NCBI GenBank assembly: GCA_951406725.2
Contig: OX597825.1
Coordinates: 35,278,001-35,342,000, forward strand
Source: Octopus vulgaris
Taxonomy: Eukaryota
Reading direction: 5' to 3'
Length of the DNA stretch: 64,000 bases
In this document: piece after piece, positions 26,327 to 40,709 of the stretch
How the letters are laid out: the number at the start of each line of letters is the position of its first letter
Numbering within the stretch: position 1 is the first letter of the stretch
Notes under the pieces: generated by a model
What the model was told of the DNA's origin: nothing
The model's database searches: none
The model's input: only the letters and a program-made list of their open reading frames with translations
Program-made: the position numbers and the translations under genes

Positions 26327-26829
26327 TGTATGTATGTATGTATGTATGTATGTATGTATGTATGTATGTATGTATGTATGTAGGTATGAGTATACATTTA
26401 TGTATGTATGTGTATACATTTATGTATGTTTATGTATATCTGTGTATCTATGTGTATATACGAGATTCTTGGCAACATACATTCATACACACCGTATACA
26501 AATTCAAAAAACATACCCACAGAAATATGTACATACTTTCATAGAAAGCTCACAGAACTGACGCGAATTTTGTTGTTCTTTCTTCTATCGTTTCAACAAC
26601 GGTATCTGATTTTCAGAAAATTCGCCGTAACCCCACCTCTCTACCTCGATATCACAGCCCACATGACCAAACAGGTCTCTTCAATGCCCGCCACACTTTC
26701 TGTGTTTAACCCCATCCCTACGTCGTACAGTAAAATCTCTTCTCAGTTTGATTCCCCAATCTGTCAACCGTCTCGAATAACCGCCCACTTTTTTTTTATC
26801 TGTAGACATTCATCAATTCATTTTCGCCG

Positions 26830-27175
26830 CCCACTATTCCTGGGTTTGTCGTAGGGTAGCAGGCTCAGGCACCTCCTCTAGAGGGTCCAATCAGAAGCAA
26901 TACATTTTCCTCCTGGATTCCCCAACATGACCAACTGAAACTATTGGTATTATCAAAAAATTTGAGTCTTGGTCAACTCCTAGTTTTCCTGTCGGTTGGC
27001 TCGTCTTGAAGAAGCTGTCTTGCGCTTCTTTCCTGACATATTCCAAGCACCTGTCCGTATATAGTGGAGTTGTGGCCTCTCAGTATGCTGAAGTAACCAT
27101 CCAACTTGATCTCCGAGCTACGCACCCAGTCGCGTAACGTTACTCTACCTGCAGATATACAAACTGAACCTCAGC
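26830..27175 (-). mobile_element. RTE-clade LINE ORF2 C-terminal remnant
   Basis: On -: GVTLRDWVRSSEI...ERPQL...MCQERSARQLLQDEPTDRKTRS*PRLKFFD...SWSCWGI, matching the RTE 'RxRGRPR' C-terminal pattern. Confidence 0.65.
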
Positions 27176-27261
27176 CGCATCTCTCCAGCTAGTCTGGGAT
27201 GTTTGAAGAAAATAATGGGCATCTCTTTTCCTCATGTTCCTCCTAGAACGCATCCTAAATT

Positions 27262-27605
27262 TATTTTTCTTTTATCTTTTAGTTGTTTTAGTGTGCGGCC
27301 ATGCTGGGACACCATCCTGAGAGTTTTAGTCAAACAAATCGACCGCAGTATTCAGATTTTTTAAAGTTAGGTGCTAATTCGATCGGTATCCTTTGTTGAA
27401 CCGTTAAGTTATGGAAACGTGAAAAAAGAAACACTATCGGCAAGGGTTAGGGTTAGGATTATTAGATCAAGCGGTAAGGGGTGGGTGGACAAATAAACAG
27501 ACACATATACGACGGGCATCTACGCAATTTCCGTCTACTAAATTCCGTCACAAGGTATTAGAAGGCCCGACTGTATTGAAGACATTTGTCAAAGATTTCA
27601 CGCAG
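27262..27605 (-). mobile_element. SINE family A, diverged
   Basis: GCGGCCATGCTGGGAC...CGACGGGCATCTACGCAATTTCCGTCTAC. Confidence 0.7.
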
Positions 27606-28059
27606 ATACATACATAAATACACACATACACACACACATATAAATCTGTGTGTGTCTCAAAAAGCTATATTCGTCCTTTTTGAACTCAAAGAGTTCCCGA
27701 AGAGCCATTGGCAAAACAAAATATATTTTGATGGGCGAACGATAATGGATTAAAGGTATATATATATATATCACTACTAATCCATACCAGTAGTACTATA
27801 GGAAAAGTAAATGAAGTTGAAAAGGCACAGAGAAAGTCTATGGAGATTTATTTAGATTAGAATCGATTAACTTAAACGGTTTCAAGCGTATAAGTTTCGA
27901 GGAACTTGGGGATGTGTTGCAAACTATATCGATTTTATATCTGTGTGTATGTGTATGCGTGTGCGTGTGTGTATGTGTGTGTGTGTGTGCTTGTGTGCGT
28001 GTCTGAGTATGTGTTTATTTAAGTTTGATATTATATGTTTGTTCTAATGCTCTTCAAGA

Positions 28060-28290
28060 GACGGTACTGTTTAGAAATTTTCGACTGTCATATTCTAATT
28101 TGCATAATGAATGTTATTCTCGCTCCAACCCCGCTATTATTGTTAGGCTTCCTGAGAACATAACAAAAATTTGTTTTGCTAAGGAGATCTAATAAGTCCG
28201 AAACATGTCAGGAATTGTCATGACAGGTTCTGAAGATCAGAATTACTCTCGTGTCCCTATATATCATCATTTAATTTTCTTACGTTTGAA
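28060..28290 (+). mobile_element. Penelope-like 3' fragment with degenerate hammerhead (28176-28236)
   Basis: CUAAGGA-GAUCU-AAUA-AGUCC-GAAAC-AU-GUC-AGG, then CUGAAGA 26 nt after GAAA. Confidence 0.5.
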
Positions 28291-28746
28291 ATTTCGTGAT
28301 TTCTCTTAAGAAAAACTTTCACAAGCACTAATGATTATTGTGATTAGTGTTACAATTTCAATTAATCAAAACTTATTTCCAGTTTATCATTTCAAGCATG
28401 CATATCTTCGTTTAACTGTGTATGTGTGTGTGGGTGCGTCTGTGAGTGCGTCTGAGTGTGCGTGCGGGCGTGCATGCGGGCGTTAATAATGTTGCAAGTG
28501 AGAGGTACAACACGTTTGAATCAGCCGAGCAGTGTTCTCTACCGCGCATGAACACCTCGCCAGTTCCACTTCGGTACTTGGAAGCCATCAATATCGTTAA
28601 ATCCTCAATATTGTTAAGTCAAGAGAAAACAAAGTCGATCAGCAAAACTATGATTCGCTGACTGCCCTCTGTGTTGTTCGTAGCATATCGACAGGTAAAC
28701 AAGGGTTATAGCGATAGCTTAATGTGTATCCTTATTGCATACAACA

Positions 28747-28953
28747 AGGGATGAGCTGGCAAAATGGTTAACACACCGGATAGCAGCATTTGTTTCGGCT
28801 TTAAGTTCTGAGTTCAAATACCACCGAGGTCAACATCGCATTTTATCCTTTGGAGGTTGATAAAATATCTTCCAGCAAAGTATTGGAGTCAGTGTAACGA
28901 ACCAACTCCCTTTCTCCAAATTTCAGGCCTTGTGCTTATAATGAAAAGGATTT
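28747..28953 (+). mobile_element. SINE family B
   Basis: GAGCTGGCAAAATGGTTAAC...GTTCTGAGTTCAAATACCACCGAGGTC...AAATTTCAGGCCTTGTGC. Confidence 0.75.
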
Positions 28954-29299
28954 TTATGACATACAACATTACTTTGAGCGAAACAAACCAACGAGATTGT
29001 TTCTCTAAATCAGCAACCAAATTAGACCTTTTGTATTAAGGTCTAATTTCTTTTTTCATCACTGTGTCTGGAGAGAAAAGTAATGATATTGACAATTTAA
29101 ATGGCTTTCCCAGACTGGTGGGAAGGGGAAGAGGGGAGGTAGGAAAGTATTCTCAAACTGGAGAGCAAGGCTAAATGTTTAATGTACACATCGAATGACC
29201 TGAGAGTTGTGGTATTTCAGAGAGTAAGCGATTGCATTAATCACCTATGAAAACCCACGGCATGGTTTGAAATCAGAAAAGAAAGAGACGGAATCATCA

Positions 29300-29546
29300 C
29301 CTTCTCGATCGTTACACTCTTCCTTAGATCTCTTTTGAGTCTTACTTGCGTTATCCTGGCCTCTTCAAATGCTTTCACTCCACTCCACACTTTTGTTCGC
29401 CATCCAACTCGATCCGAAGCAAGGGTTTCTATATCTTCTGGAACCATTTCCAGTGACTTTATAGTAGTCGTTATGCTATCCTTAAACCTTTTTTCAGGTT
29501 TATACCGATAGCGTTTCCGCTCTGCAAGCTAACCATAAAACAACTG

Positions 29547-29547
<1 letters not shown>
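29300..29547 (-). mobile_element. RTE (BovB-like) LINE C-terminal fragment
   Basis: On -: QLFYG*LAERKRYRYKPEKRFKDSITTTIKSLEMVPEDIETLASDRVGWR..VKAFEEAR. Confidence 0.75.
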
Positions 29548-29613
<66 letters not shown>

Positions 29614-29619
29614 TACATA

Positions 29620-29786
29620 CACACAACAGGCTTCTTTCAGTTTCCGTCTATCAAATTCACTCACAAGGCTTTGGTCAGCCGGAGCCTATAATAGAAGACA
29701 CTTGCCCAAGGTGACACGCAATGGGACTGAATCCGGACTTACGTGGTTGGGAAGCAAGCTTCTTGCCACACAGCCACTCCTGCACC
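29620..29786 (-). mobile_element. SINE family A, 5' half
   Basis: Near-consensus head and core: CTTCTTTCAGTTTCCGTCTA...CTTGCCCAAGGTG...CCACACAGCCACTCCTGCACC. Confidence 0.85.
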
Positions 29787-29849
29787 TATACGCACACACA
29801 CATACATACGTACACACACACACACTCCATACACGCACACACGCGCACG

Positions 29850-29890
<41 letters not shown>

Positions 29891-30477
29891 ACACATACAC
29901 ACATACACACACACACACGCACATATGTGTTGATACTGAATCCGGTTTTGAGATTCATTTACTAGCTAGCATTTCTACGTGATAGCTGTGTATCATAAAA
30001 CGAAAGTTAACATTACAGCGACGAAGTTTTAAACAAAATGAAAGCAATTAAATGTGTCATATCAAGAGAGAGGGAGAGACAGAAAGAGAAAGAAAGAGAG
30101 AGGGAGGGAGAGAGAGAGAGAGAGAGAGTATAGTAGATATATATAGAGAGGAGTAAGGACTAAAAGAAAGAGAGTCTGATGGTGGTAGACAGCGATTGAG
30201 AAATCTGTCGATCTAAAAGCTAACTTGCTTCTAAGCAAATTAAATTTTTTAATTGATTATAACCGAATACCTTGTCGTTAGGACGCATATTTCGAAAACC
30301 GAATCCGCTTTCATTGAGGACTGATCGTTTCGGAGCCTTCGCGTGACATATTCACATACATACACTCAAAACTCATTTATATAATAGAAGGTATATAACA
30401 CCCTAAGTACTAAGCTACGTGTCTTCACATATAACACCCTACGCACGCGCATATATATGCAGGTTTGTTATATGTGA

Positions 30478-30733
30478 AAGTGTGTGGACTAGTAATTAGA
30501 TCGTCAAATATAGGTTCGATTCCCGGACTGGGCGGCTTGTTGTGTACTTGAGCAAAACATTTCATTTCAAGATGCTCTAGTGTTGCGTGGGGACCGACGT
30601 GTCAAAGAATAGACCCAACATTTCCTGTGTGTGTCGTAAAAGGCGACTTCGCAAAACTCAGCCCAGCAACGACTACCCAAACAAATCCAATCATGTGAAG
30701 AGTCATTGCCTGAGTGGATGCATCGACGCACTG

Positions 30734-30735
<2 letters not shown>
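30478..30735 (+). mobile_element. SINE family C-like
   Basis: GGTTCGATTCCCGGACTGGGCGG..TTGTGTACTTGAGCAAAACATTTCATTTCA. Confidence 0.65.
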
Positions 30736-30771
<36 letters not shown>

Positions 30772-30777
30772 TTACAT

Positions 30778-30814
<37 letters not shown>

Positions 30815-31331
30815 AATACTTTTGTGTGTTCGGAAATAAATATGGAAGGACGTATTATTTTTCCAGTAAGAAAAAAAACACAATGAAAGATGCGATCAGA
30901 GGGGTCATTTTTAAAAGGTCGCACGACCCTTAAGAAATATTCTCTCAAACCACAGCTTGGAATCTCAATAAAAATTCACAAAACAAAACAAAAAAAAAAC
31001 CAACAAAGAACGGCAAGAAACGAAATAAGAAATAACATTTTTTTTCTTCTTATATAAATAGAAAAATTAAGAGCGAAGGAACCTCTCTATATCGTCGTTC
31101 GACCCATGAGAAATAGTAAAACGTTTGATAATGAAAATGTAATTACACTATGTGTACACATTAATAAATAAACATGATCGCTGTTGGAATACATTTGATT
31201 ATAGATCTAATTGATCAGGATTAGACTGGGGTTCATTAACAAAAATACTAAGGGAAGCATTGAGGTTATGCTCTGTATTGAAAGCAAAACGGGTTAATAA
31301 CGGAACCCCTTTAAGCATAGAATTGACCTTG

Positions 31332-31427
<96 letters not shown>

Positions 31428-32658
31428 ATCAATTACGTGACCAGAGGTGGAAGGGTGATACCCTTGATCTTTTTTAGAGCCCCTAATACTCGTGGGAGGA
31501 GGGGTATAAGTGATCTCTAGAAGACTACAAACATAACTGAAATATTTGCAACAGAAGGGTTCCTTAAAGACATTCCAAGGGACAGGGAAATGAATTCCAT
31601 TCACTTTCTGCGAGAGGAGAGGTTAGGCAGCAAGCCACTTGCCGCTGTCCACTTCCTTGGTCCCGTTCTTGGATCTTTCTTAACTTCAATGCGACCTGTG
31701 TCGATTTTAATTTGTGAAAATAGAACACTGAACTGCATCTGTTATCAGGTCCGATGAAATATCCTCAACCTGGAACCAAATCTCCCACAAATTACACCTT
31801 ATTCTCTTAAATAAAGGACAAACTAGTTAATGCAGCCCTTCTTACTTGCGTAAAAAGACAGGATGGTTACTACAGAAATACTTTGAATCACGGGCCTAGA
31901 CTAAAATACAGCAAGCAGGTCGAAAAATGGGCTTCTATGCAAGGGCTCGACTTTTTAAAGCTAGCAGCCAAATCACCTACTAAATCAACTACTAAAGTCG
32001 CACTTTAGTAGTTTTGAACAAAACAACAAAAAAGAAAACAAAAGACGAAATAAGACATACGAAAAATTAATCTTAAATAAACTGTCTGAAAATAATCTTG
32101 GATGATCTTGAACATAAATTTGCACAAGGTTGACCTGAGGTTAAACAACATCTATCATGGGTTTCAATTCCGTACTGCAAGTTACAGAAACATTCGTTAA
32201 TAAGATACTGCTCCCGTTGCTTATTTCGATATAATTTACTTGGATGTCTTGTAGATAGGTGCTACGCACTTGCTGTTAAGTGGACGGCAATAACTATGTA
32301 TATATACATTACGATGCATGCAACGCTAAACCAGTATGAGACCGTTACAAATTTTGACCATTTCCGAGTTTCAAATCATTCACTCAACCGGCACATTTCC
32401 TCAATTAAACCTAAACGTCTTAAAGGATGTAGGATAGATTACACGATATAGACAACACTATGTACGAACAGATAGATGGAATACCTTTAATCATTTGATT
32501 ATCGGCCTCCCGAGACATTAGCTATAGTTACATTATTTAAACAACGACGAAATTGGATTTCTATAGTAAATATTGTTTTTCTTACAGTTTTAAGTAGAGA
32601 CTAATATTTATATACATCACAGTCACTCTTCACAATAAATTATACACATACACGCGCG

Positions 32659-32739
<81 letters not shown>

Positions 32740-32827
32740 TATTCTTGTATTGTTTTTACAAGCAGTTGATTTGAAACGGGTCTACGAGCGAAACTCGTTC
32801 GGTCGCCTAGAAATATCAGCTGTTGTT

Positions 32828-33276
32828 ATTTTATCATTTATAATTTACTGGTGTCACGCATTAGACTGCGGCCATGCTGGAGCACCACCTTGAAGGGTTT
32901 AGTTAAACGAATCGACCCCCAGAACAGTACATTTTTTTTTTACGTCTGGTAGTTATTGCCTCGACGTGAACTGTTAAGTTCAGAAAACGTAAACAAACCA
33001 ATACCGGTTATGGGAAACTGTTAAGTTCAGAAAACGTAAACAAACCAATACCGGTTATGGGAAACCAACAATGATTTAGAGACAAACACAAAGCCACACA
33101 TACACACACACACACGCGCAATAGGCATCCACATAGATTTCACATATCAAATTCAGTCACAACACATAAGTTGGTTCAGGGTATAGTAGCAGACACTTGT
33201 CCAATTTCCCCACCGCGGGACTAAACCCAAAAGCACGTAGTTATGCGGCGAAATTCTGAATTCGTAACTATGCCTG
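32828..33276 (-). mobile_element. SINE family A with a perfect internal 47-bp tandem duplication (32971-33064)
   Basis: GACTGCGGCCATGCTGGAGCACCACC tail; CTGTTAAGTTCAGAAAACGTAAACAAACCAATACCGGTTATGGGAAA occurs twice. Confidence 0.8.
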
Positions 33277-33318
33277 AGTCTCTCTCAGGCATGGGTATTA
33301 TTACCAATTATTATTATT

Positions 33319-33358
<40 letters not shown>

Positions 33359-33359
33359 A

Positions 33360-33570
33360 GGTGGCGAGCTGACAAAATCGTTAAAACGCCGGGTAAAATA
33401 TTTAGCAGCATTTCGTCCGTGAATACGGTTTGAGTTCAAACTCTGCCGAGGTTGACTTTGCCTTTCATCCTTTCAGGGTCAAAAAATTAAATACCAGTTA
33501 CGCACTGGAGACGATGTAATCGACTGGCCCCTCCCCCAAAATTTCAGGCCTTGTTCTTATAGTGGAAAGG

Positions 33571-33572
<2 letters not shown>
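33360..33572 (+). mobile_element. SINE family B
   Basis: GGTGGCGAGCTGACAAAATCGTT...GAGTTCAAACTCTGCCGAGG...(ATT)n tail. Confidence 0.85.
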
Positions 33573-33629
<57 letters not shown>

Positions 33630-33630
<1 letters not shown>

Positions 33631-33932
33631 GCGTGAGAAAGCAGCCCTAGCCATTAAACTGACGCCGGGTTACAAATATAAGAAGCCCAATATACCCTTC
33701 ATGATTTACCCGTCTGATAACACACATGCATCACAACTATATGTGCGAGATATAGTGACCTCATAACAAGATAAACAACGCATGACCTTGCAGGTGGGGC
33801 CCAGTGAGAATTTTCTTCAGGTCAAGTAGCCCTACCCGCTCAAAAGGTTGTTTATAGGTAGTTTAAGGATGATGAACGAAGAAACATGTTTCCAGGGCTG
33901 AAGTATTCAAACCCCAAGTAATCCCTCTCAAC
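33630..33932 (-). repeat. Probable retroposon 3' fragment abutting the (ATT)n tract
   Basis: Complex GC-richer sequence (GACCTTGCAGGTGGGGCCCAG) that I recall as a cephalopod repeat; single copy in this window. Confidence 0.35.
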
Positions 33933-34329
33933 AGGAACCTAGCTAGTTCACTTGTCTCGGTCTTTGGACTGTGGCCATGCTGGGGCAGCGCATTGACGGG
34001 TTTAGTCGAACAAAAGGACACAATTATTTTTTAAAGCCTGTTACTATATATTTACATACATACATAGACACACACACACATGGGCGCCCGCTGTCAGACA
34101 CACATTTATGTATGTTTGTGTGTGTGTATGTGTGTTTCTCTGCGTGTGTATATAAATATATGTGTGTATGAGTGTGAGTGTGTCGCTAAGTTTTGAATGA
34201 TGAGCTATCCGTTGTTCGACTGGGTGAAGTTATAGTCATAAAACGAAATTAAACCGTTATCATTCGAGCAATTCTCAGACTTGTGTAGCTTTAACGTAAT
34301 TTCTCAGCTCGAACTATTGCGAAACTTGT

Positions 34330-34520
34330 AAGCTACCAGTACACCCCAGAAAGAACGCGATAAAAATCAAACCAAGCGCTGGACTTGCACTTTGGTCATC
34401 GACTCTGGAAGAATAAGAGGTAAAGATGACCTTGGCGCGATTTGAACTCAGACGGTAGAGACGTGGAACAAATACTGCAAGGTATTTTATCCGATTCTCT
34501 AACGATTCTACCGGCTTCTG
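34330..34520 (-). mobile_element. SINE family B, diverged
   Basis: GATTTGAACTCAGACGGTAGAGACG...AACGATTCTACCGGCT. Confidence 0.6.
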
Positions 34521-34821
34521 CATATGATATATCGATTACATACTCAATTACGTACCTCTCTCACTCCCGCTCTTTCTCTCTCTCTCTCTCTCTGCTAGTC
34601 TCTGTGTGTGTGTCTTTCTCTCTTACATACATACAAATATACATACATACACACATACAGGTGTGTGCGTGCGTGTCTGTGTGTGTGTGTTTGTGTGTGT
34701 TAATGGGTGAGTGTATATGTATAAAATGGGTGTTTATAGAAGTACATACATGAAAATCTGACTTTGTGCGCATAATATGAATACATACAAACGAAAGCTA
34801 CGCACACACATTTACACACAC

Positions 34822-34891
<70 letters not shown>

Positions 34892-35014
34892 GTCTGTACC
34901 TACCTACTTACCTACCTACCTACCTACCTACCTACCTACCTATTTACATACCTACTTATCTATCTACCTAAATATGTATATGTATATATATATATACATA
35001 TGTATATATGTATA

Positions 35015-35245
35015 TATTTCTTTACTACCCACAAGGGGCTAAACACAGAGGGGACAAACAAGGACAGACAAACGGATGAAGTCGATTATATCGACTCCAG
35101 TGCGTAACTGGTACTTAATTTATCGACCCCGAAAGGATGAAAGGCAAAGTCGACCTCGGCGGAATTTGAACTCAGAACTTAACGGCGGACGAAATACCGC
35201 TACGCATTTCGCCCGGCCTGCTAACGTTTCTGCCAGCTCGCCGCC
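35015..35245 (-). mobile_element. SINE family B, young near-consensus copy
   Basis: On -: GGCGGCGAGCTGGCAGAAACGTTAGC (A-box)...GAGTTCAAATTCC (B-box)...AAAGAAATA; nearly identical to 60518-60754. Confidence 0.9.
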
Positions 35246-35271
35246 TTCATATGTATATATGTATAATGTGC

Positions 35272-35314
<43 letters not shown>

Positions 35315-35370
35315 ACACACACACACACATATATTTACACACTTATATACATATATATATAAGTGTGTAA

Positions 35371-35439
<69 letters not shown>

Positions 35440-35831
35440 GAAACACACACACGCAAACGCACACACACACAGAAACACACACACACACATACTGATATTG
35501 TACAAGACCAACATTCAGATAAATTTAGTCGATTGAATGGACATCAAAGTCATTGTTGAGTAGTTTTAATTCAGCATCGGCGGGAAACAATAACGAGATA
35601 TAAAGCGAATTATCTTGTCGGTTACTCACCTTCCTTCCCACACAACCACATACAAATATATATACATACATACATACATACATATATTTATATATATATA
35701 TATATATATACACGCATCTACATACATACACACACATATACGCATGTGCATTTATACATGCACATACACTTATATATATTTGTGCGTGTTTATGTATGTG
35801 TGTGTATAGATATATGCATATATACGCGCAA

Positions 35832-35870
<39 letters not shown>

Positions 35871-35872
35871 CT

Positions 35873-35906
<34 letters not shown>

Positions 35907-36312
35907 TAACATATATACATACAGACGTACGTATACACATACGCCACATACATACATGCATACATACATACATACATACATACATACATACATACATACA
36001 CACATACATACATACATACATACTTGAATTTAAAAACAAGGGTGAAAACAATTTTTTAAAAGATTTTACTGCTAAAAAATTGTTCTCGGTTGTTACTATG
36101 TGTTCCGCGATATTTAGCCAATCACGCAACTTTGCGTGAGCAGTGAAGAATTGTGAAACTCTGAGTAACAGCAGAGTTTTCTCGTCTCTCTCACTCTCCT
36201 CCACTCTCCTATATATGAATTATAAACAGTATGTATTTATACATCCTTGTACACATACACATATATGTATTTATGTATGAGCGTATGTATGTGTGTATAT
36301 GTGTTTGCATGA

Positions 36313-36399
<87 letters not shown>

Positions 36400-36400
36400 A

Positions 36401-36461
<61 letters not shown>

Positions 36462-36493
36462 TACATATATATATGTACACACACACAGATATA

Positions 36494-36555
<62 letters not shown>

Positions 36556-38409
36556 GTCTGTACGCGCGCTCACCTTTCGCTCTATTTCGTTTCTACCGCT
36601 TTCGAAAGTAAAAAAAAAATGAATTATTAGAAAGAAAATCGATACCAATATTATATACTGACGTACATTTAATCAGCTAAATATCTCCCACCTACAAATA
36701 ATCTATCTATAACAGATTTGTCCTTATATAATATACTTTGCTTAATGAATATTTTTTTCTTTTGAGAAATAACATTAATATATTACAAAAAAATAAAGCA
36801 AAATGAAAGAAAAAATATGAGGTGAAAATTCAGTTAAAGGTTTTACAGTGATCAATGAATTAACACCATGATTTTGAAATTATTCTCCAGAAATACTTCT
36901 TAATTGGAAAAGAAATTCAAACACCTTCACCTTTTTTCTTCCGCATTTTAAGAAACAAAATCTAAAAAAAAATAAACAAAAAAAAAAGAGAAAAGATCTA
37001 TATGGCAGATGTAAAACTCGTATACTTACTTTAGTTAGAATTCACTTTTCCTTATTAAAACTACAGACGCTTTCAAGTTTTTTTTGTTGTTTGGTTTTTA
37101 GTCTTAATCAAATTTTTAGAGTCCCGGTCATTATAAAATTGGTCCAAGGTTTAGCTCATGTCTAACTTCCGCTTTCGACGGAAGCACTTAATAGTAGGAG
37201 AAAGAGAGACGGGGGGTGTTGGTAACAAAGACACGCCAGTTTTCCTCCTAATATTTGGTTGATACTGAAGCAAAGAGAATTGACTGAATCAATTCAAAAA
37301 TGTATAAATTTGATTAAAAAAATATAGGTATACGTATAAATATATATTTTTCTGGGATCAGATGTTGCTATAATATATATATATATGTATGTGTATGTGT
37401 GTGTGTGTGTGTATGTGTGTGTGCATCTGAGTGCCTATGTGTATATGTGTATGTGCACATATATGTGAGATGTGAGGTGTGTATGTATGTATGTAAATGT
37501 GTGTGTCTACGTGCGCATAAAAATTTATTTTAATGAATTTTCTTTACCTTGTATAAAGGATGAAACTCAATCAAAGTGATTAACTAATAAGCTAATATAT
37601 TGCGTAATTTGGTCGCTAACGCAATCCGAAGTAAGACATGCAGAATAAAAATCTCCCATACAGTTTGTAACATCTCCAAACCGACAATGTTGTCGGCTGC
37701 TTATATCGGTACTTTATCCCTCCCGCCACACTTAAGTCACACACGCAGCAGATACAGTCGTTCTGCTGTTATTTCTTTCACCTACTCTGTCTATATATCC
37801 ATCACTCTATCTACCTATCTATTTATCTTTCTTACCCTCTTTCTCTTTTCTCTCTCATACCTACTACTCATTCTATTTCATATGCTGCCTACTATTACTT
37901 CTCTCTCACTCTCTGCCTCATAACTGCACTGGCCTTCTCTCTCTCTCTCTTATATTAATTCCTTCTCTCACTCTTTTTTGTCTCTTTAACAAATGTTCGG
38001 TCTCTCCTGTTCTCTCTCCCTCTCTCTCTCTCTCTCTCTGTCTCTCTCCATCTATCTATCTATCTTCCATGGTCTCTAATATTAAGATACCTCCTCTCTT
38101 TCGCTAGGATTACTCTCTTTATATTTCTGTCTGTGTCTATCTGTTTCTTTATCTCTCTCTCGCTCTCCCTCTCTGACTATTTGTATTATTTATCTCTGTC
38201 TGTCTCTCTCTCTCACTCTCTCACTCTCTCTCTCTCTCTCTCTCTCACTCGATTTCTGTGTCTCTTTATCTTAACCCGTCTTTCTTTTACTTCTATTTTT
38301 TCATTGTATTCTTACAGTTTTCTTTTTCAGTGTTTACTCGACCTCTTGCTCTCTACTCCACTCCCAATCCGTTGCACTTCTTTCTGCCTTGTCTATCTAT
38401 CAACCAGTT

Positions 38410-38681
<272 letters not shown>

Positions 38682-38894
38682 CAACTATATCCATCTGTTG
38701 GCGCTTCTGTGCAAATGCTCGACATGCTAGTAATAACAAGCAAATTCCAATCAAATTATATTCTACTGAGTAAAATTTAGGAAGTACACATTATATTAAT
38801 GCTTACCGAAATTCTCCTAAAAAGATGAGATGATTATAGCTGGAACTCCTTTCATCATGGACCTACATGATCGTGACTAATATGTAAAACCAGC

Positions 38895-38967
<73 letters not shown>

Positions 38968-39116
38968 CCTACCTACCTACCTACCCACCTACCTACCTAT
39001 GCCTGCCTACTTACCGGTCTGTCTGTCTTTCTGTTAGACTGAGTGTCTGCGCACGCGTGTGTATACAAACATGCATACACACACACACACATATATTTAC
39101 ATACAAACACACATAC

Positions 39117-39175
<59 letters not shown>

Positions 39176-39542
39176 GTGCAGAGAAAGAGACAGACGGGAC
39201 AGGCTGAGACACACAAAAACGGACATAAAGAGAGAAATAGATATAAATAATAGATAGATAGATATCAAGCTATTTTGCACTGCCCTCTTTCTGCTTATTA
39301 TTTTTGTTCTTTCTTTATCTCTTTCCTTTCCTTTATTTACAGTCAATCTCTCTAATTTCTCCATTTCTTCAACTATTTCTTTTTACTTCACCCTACCTAA
39401 TTTTCTCCGTTCTTAAACATTCCTCTCTCAACAAGTATTTAAAATCTCACCTTCCAACCTCCGTCTCTTTTTACTTCTCCTCACTCTCCTTCCGTACTTC
39501 TTCATATTTCGCCTATTCACATCCTCTTTCTCTCCCTCTTTC

Positions 39543-39597
<55 letters not shown>

Positions 39598-40258
39598 GCT
39601 CTCTCTTTACTTCACCTCTAAAACCCTCAAGTTTTACTCGACCTTGATTACTCGCTGTCACTCATTCTCTTTCGCTCTTTCTTCCGCTCTCCCTCTCTCT
39701 CATCTGCCACCATAAATTTAGAAAACTTAACTAGTAGTATTTCTAAATATAACCAATATTTTATTATTTCTACTGCTTACCCGTATTTTAGTATTCTCAA
39801 CATAACTAGTATTTTAGTATACTAAACATAACTATTTAGTATACGAAATATAGTTAGTATTATAGTATTTTTCAATATAACTAAGATTTTAATATTTCTA
39901 ACTTATGTTTTGTTTTTCTGAACTTAACTGGTAATTAACTAGTAATTTCATATGTTGTTTTTCTCCGACGAATTAATACAAATGTCTGATTTTAGAGCTA
40001 TACCTCCCATCTTGTGCATGTCTGGTGACAGCGCCTTGATCGGTCTTCTCCACCGTCGTCTTCATGTCATGGTCCTGAGATAAACCTGTTTACATGTTTA
40101 CAAACTGATGAACAAATTCAGGTAGAATTAGATATATCGACACAAGACAGAGAGCGATTCATACTTCTCAATTCATACTTCTCAATTTAAAGAACAGCCT
40201 TCTCTGATAGTGACTACTTTTTTAATTACATTATTTCTTATAGTTTTATGCATATATA

Positions 40259-40675
40259 GGAGAAATGTGGCTGTGTGATAAGAAGCTAGCTTCCCGGTTC
40301 CGGGTTCAGTCCCACTGCGTGGCACCTTGAGCAAGCGTCTTGCACTATAGCCTCGGTCTGACCAAAACTTTGTGAGTAGATTTGGTAGACAGAAACTGAA
40401 AGAAGCCTGTCGTATATATGTGTGTGTGTGTGCGCGCGCGTGCGTGTATGTGCGTAAGTGTGTCTTTGTGTCTGTGTTATCCCACACCACTGCTTGACAA
40501 CCGGTGTTGGGTGTGTTTGCATATCCGTAACTTAACGGCTCGGCAAAATAGACCGACAGAATAAGTACCAGGCTTAAAAAAAATAATTACCGGGGTTGAT
40601 TACTTCAGCTAAAATTCCCCAAGGCGGTGCCCCAGCATGGCCGCAGTCTAATGACTGAAACAAGTAAAAGATAAA
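40259..40675 (+). mobile_element. SINE family A, full length (AAAAGATAA-tail subtype)
   Basis: GTGGCTGTGTGATAAG...GGTTCAGTCCC...GGCGGTGCCCCAGCATGGCCGCAGTC...GAAACAAGTAAAAGATAAA. Confidence 0.9.
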
Positions 40676-40709
40676 TGACATGTATGGGTATGTGTTTGTT
40701 ATTTCCTTG

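Noticed and set aside
27443-27457. TTAGGG telomere-like repeats
   Set aside because: Only about 2.5 units inside a SINE
35621-35632. Strong minus-strand splice donor AG|GTGAGT
   Set aside because: The upstream sequence is microsatellite, with no plausible exon
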